This document shows, piece after piece, positions 60,420 through 64,000 of a stretch of DNA of 64,000 nucleotides. The stretch comes from Mobula hypostoma (taxonomy: Eukaryota): NCBI RefSeq assembly GCF_963921235.1, contig NC_086099.1, positions 155,806,001 through 155,870,000 on the forward strand. The letters run 5' to 3'. The notes under the pieces were generated by a model. That model was not told the origin of the DNA and did no database searches. It saw only the letters and a list, made by a program, of their open reading frames with translations. A program made the position numbers and the translations under genes. Every line of letters starts with the position of its first letter. Position 1 is the stretch's first letter.

Positions 60420-61940
60420 AATCCTGATTATGGACCTGATTTAAAAGGTAGCCCTGTTGACATACTCCAGCTTGATACTACGTCTGCCTCTTCTGTATCA
60501 TTTTTCAGTGATCCAATATCCACTGTTGCTTCTCTTTTACTCTTTAGATATTTGGAAAAACATTCAGTATCCTCTATTAAATTATTGACTAGCTTCCCTT
60601 CATGTACGATGATTTTTGCACACACAAAGCACAGGAGGAACTCAACAGGTCAGGCAACATCCATGGAAATTAATAAACAGTTAGTATTTCTGTCCGAGAC
60701 CCTTCTTCAGGACTAGAAAGGAAGGGGGAAGATGCCAGAATAAAAAGCTGATAAAAGAAAGGATAGCTGGAAGGTGATAGGTGAAGCCAGCTTGTTAGGA
60801 AAGATAAAGGTCTGGAGAGGAAGGAATCTGATATGAGAGGAGTATGGATCACAGGAGAAAGGATGGTGATAAACAGATGAGAAGAGGTAAGAGTTCAGAG
60901 TAGGGAATAGGAGATGAGTGGATGGGGAGGGATTTTTTTTTACCGAAAGGAGAAAACAATATCAAAATCAGGTTGGATTCTACCCAGATGGAATATAAAC
61001 TGTTTCTCCTCATCAATTCCATCATTCAAATCATTCACACATAATGTGAAAAGAAGCAATCGCAACACCAACCTTTGCGAAACACCATGTCACTGGTATC
61101 CAATTAGGAAAGGCTCGCTTTATCCCCATGAGGAGGAAGGTGCCAGAAATGGACTAAGTGAATTTAAGGGCAGGATGGAAGTTAGAGACAAAGTTGATGA
61201 AATTGACATGGGTGTACGAAGCAGCACCAATACACTTGTCAATGTAATGGAGGAAGAGTTGGGGAGCAATACTGGGGCAGGCTTAAAACTGGACTGTTCT
61301 ACATAGCCAATGGGGAAAAAACAGGCATAGCTGAAGCCCAAGTGGGTGCAACCCCTCAAGTCTGGAGAAAGTGAGAGGCGCCAAAGGAAAAATTGTTGAG
61401 GGTGAGGACCAGTTCTGCTCAATGGAGGAGGGTGGTGGTGGATGGAAGGGAACTGGTTGGTTCTTTTGTTGAGATTAACATGGGAAGCATTAAGGCCTTC
61501 TAGAGAGGATAGAAGTGTATAGGGACCGGACATCCATGGTGAAAATGAGGTGGTCAGGGCCTGGAAATTGAAAGTTACTGAGAAGGTCGACAGCATAAGA
61601 AGTGTTGCGGTTGTAGCTGAGAAGGGTCTGAACCATGGAGGATAGAATTGAGACAAGGTATGAGGACACATGTTCAGTGGGGCAGGAAGAGGCAGAGACA
61701 ATGAATTATCTCCAGAAACTCCAGCTGTTGTTCTTCTGCCATCATCCCTGCTGATGTTCCCTTCCAATCAACTTTGGCTAACCCTGTTCTCATGCCCCTG
61801 TAACTCCCTTTAGTCCACTGTAATACTGATACATCTGACTTTATCTTCTCCCCCTCAAACTGCAGGTTGAATTTTATCATATTATAATCTCTGCTTCATA
61901 AATATTCCTTTGCATTAAGCTCCCTAATCAAATTTGGCAA
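60420..61940 (-). mobile_element. Mosaic of alternating CR1 and Penelope-like fragments
   Basis: CR1 pieces at about 60420-60615, 61010-61125 and 61700-61940. Penelope 3' end at about 60618-61010 with a degenerate hammerhead at 60678-60714. Penelope RT at about 61125-61700 (FSYACFFPIGYVEQS). Confidence 0.75.
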
Positions 61941-62029
61941 TTGCAGGTAGACAGGACAACATGTTTCAGGAGATCCTCACCACTCTCCAGAAACTCTCCA
62001 CCAGGGCAATCAGTCTGTGGCTGATTATT

Positions 62030-62972
62030 GGTGATTTTTATTAATGACCTGGATGTGGGGGTAGAAGGGTGGGTTGGCAAGTTTGCAGATGACACAAAGG
62101 TTGGTGGTGTTGTAGATAGTGTAGAGGATTGTCAAAGATTGCAGAGAGACATTGATAGGATGCAGAAGTGGGCTGAGAAGTGGCAGATGGAGTTCAACCC
62201 GGAGAAGTGTGAGGTGGTACACTTTGGAAGGACAAACTCCAAGGCAGAGTACAAAGTAAATGGGAGGATACTTGGTAGTGTGGAGGAGCAGAGGGATCTT
62301 GGGGTACATATCCACAGATCCCTGAAAGTTGCCTCACAGGTGGATAGGGTAGTTAAAAAAAGCTTATGGGGTGTTAGTTTTCATAAGTCGAGGGATAGAG
62401 TTTAAGAGTCGCGATGTAATGATGCAGCTCTATAAAACACTGGTTAGGCCACACTTGGAGTACTGTGTCCAGTTCTGGTCACCTCACTATAGGAAGGATG
62501 TGGAAGCATTGGAAAGGGTACAGAGGAGATTTACCAGGATGCTGCCTGGTTTAGAAGGTATGCATTATGATCAGAGATCAAGGGAGCTAGGGCTTTACTC
62601 TTTGGAGAGGAGGATGAGAGGAGACATGATAGAGGTGTACAAGATAATAAGAGGAATAGATAGAGTGGATAGCCAGCGCCTCTTCCCCAGGGCACCACTG
62701 CTCAATACAAGAGGACATGGCTTTAAGGTAAGGGGTGGGAAGTTCAAGGGGGATATTAGAGGAAAGTTTTTTACTCAGAGTGGTTGGTGCATGGAATGCA
62801 CTGCCTGAGTCAGTGGTGGAGGCAGATACACTAGTGAAGTTTAAGAGACTACTGGACAGGTATATGGAGGAATCTAAGGTGGGGGCTTATACTGGAGGCA
62901 GGATTTGAGGGTTGGCACAACATTGTGGGCCGAAAGGCCTGTACTGTGCTGTACTATTCTATGTTCTATGTT
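62030..62972 (+). mobile_element. Young CR1 LINE 3' fragment
   Basis: FINDLDVGVEGWVGKFADDTKVGG..YKTLVRPHLEYCVQFWSPH and a TTCTATG tail. Confidence 0.93.
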
Positions 62973-62974
62973 TA

Positions 62975-63725
62975 TTCCATAGAATTTTGTATCTTGGCCC
63001 TAGAGAGCAGTTGCAGTATTCAAACACCAACCACTGTATTCCACAAGGGAGTGAATGACGAGCTAAAGGATATCCTTCTAGCCTGAGACCTGGTGGAGGA
63101 TGTAGAGAACTACTGACCTGGTAATTCAATTTAATAACTGATTAATGTAAAGAAGGGATAGAGGAAGGGGATTATGCTGAGGAGACTCTTCCCCTGATTA
63201 TCCTCTGTCCTCTTCCATTTCCCAGGCTCCTCAATAGCCACCGATCCCAGTTTCTGAGGAGCCTATGCAAATAGGCTGGACCAGGCTCTCTCACATTGAA
63301 AGAGAAGGAGTGGGAGGTGCTGCATTTACTAAGCAGAGGTCAAACATATCGGAATTCCTGTCCCAAGCTGTCTGGTAAATCCTGAGACCGTCCAGCATAG
63401 GGAAGACTGTGATGGTTGCTTATCCTCACTCCCAGTTCAGTTTCCTCCAGAGTGGTGCTCCCCATGTCGCTTTCATGGGGAGAACAAAAACATTCCCTGG
63501 ATGCCTTTATTGACTCCAGAGCAATAAAAAAATATTTTAGACATTGAATTGGCTAGAAGATTGAAATTCCACTTTTTGCAGAATTAAAACAAAGTTCACG
63601 CCTGCACCTATCCTAGTTCCACCCAGACCTGGACTTGCCTTTCGTAGTGGAGGTCAACACATTGGACATGGGACTAGAGGCCACCTTGTCCCAACGACCT
63701 GCCTCGGACCACAGACACAACCACT
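62975..63725 (+). mobile_element. Ty3/Gypsy (sushi-like) LTR retrotransposon relic: gag end, protease and RNase H fragments
   Basis: EEPMQIGWTRLS..ER (gag), LDAFIDSRA (aspartic protease), and a PDLDLPFVVEVNTLDMGLEATLSQR string resembling the Gypsy PDP..PFVVEVDAS..G.GAVLSQR RNase H motif. Confidence 0.65.
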
Positions 63726-64000
63726 CCTGAGACACCAGGTAAAGTTATTTGATTCCAAACAATTGGCTTATTGATCATTACAGAACGTTCTCTTGTGGTT
63801 CCTGCTCCCTCTCCTCTCCCTTCCCCTTTTCCCAATTATGATTCCCCTCTCACTGCCTGCTTTCCACTCTCAGTCCACAAAGAGAGACCAATATCAGAGT
63901 CAGGTTTATCATCACTCATATTTGTCATGAAATTTGTTATTAGTACTGTAATAAGTACTACAGCTGAAATGCTGTCTAGTCCCATAGCTTTTACTGTGTC

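Overview
This is vertebrate genomic DNA, most likely from a cartilaginous fish (shark or ray), judged from its CR1, Penelope and V-SINE repeat families. Two host genes lie tail-to-tail, as at human 7p12. The first is Ikaros (IKZF1, + strand), of which the last two coding exons are present (4790-4921 and 10281-11005). The second is fidgetin-like 1 (FIGNL1, - strand), with a single coding exon (40132-42282), a 5' non-coding exon and a CpG-island promoter at about 43275-43545. Most of the remainder is layered transposable elements: many CR1 LINEs (one with a nearly intact ORF2), Penelope-like elements carrying minimal hammerhead-ribozyme motifs, and two RNase H-encoding I/Nimb-type LINEs. There are also Tc1/mariner elements and a MITE, an internally deleted hAT with an 8-bp TSD, a Chapaev3-type transposase relic, a solo LTR, a Gypsy relic, SINEs and a minisatellite. 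I found no wholly new gene system. The most notable items are the hammerhead motifs, the multi-layer nested TE stacks, the near-identical inverted CR1 pair between the convergent genes, and in-frame alternative splice sites at the last IKZF1 junction. All family assignments come from motif recognition by eye, not database searches, and TE boundaries are approximate unless a TSD or TIR is quoted.
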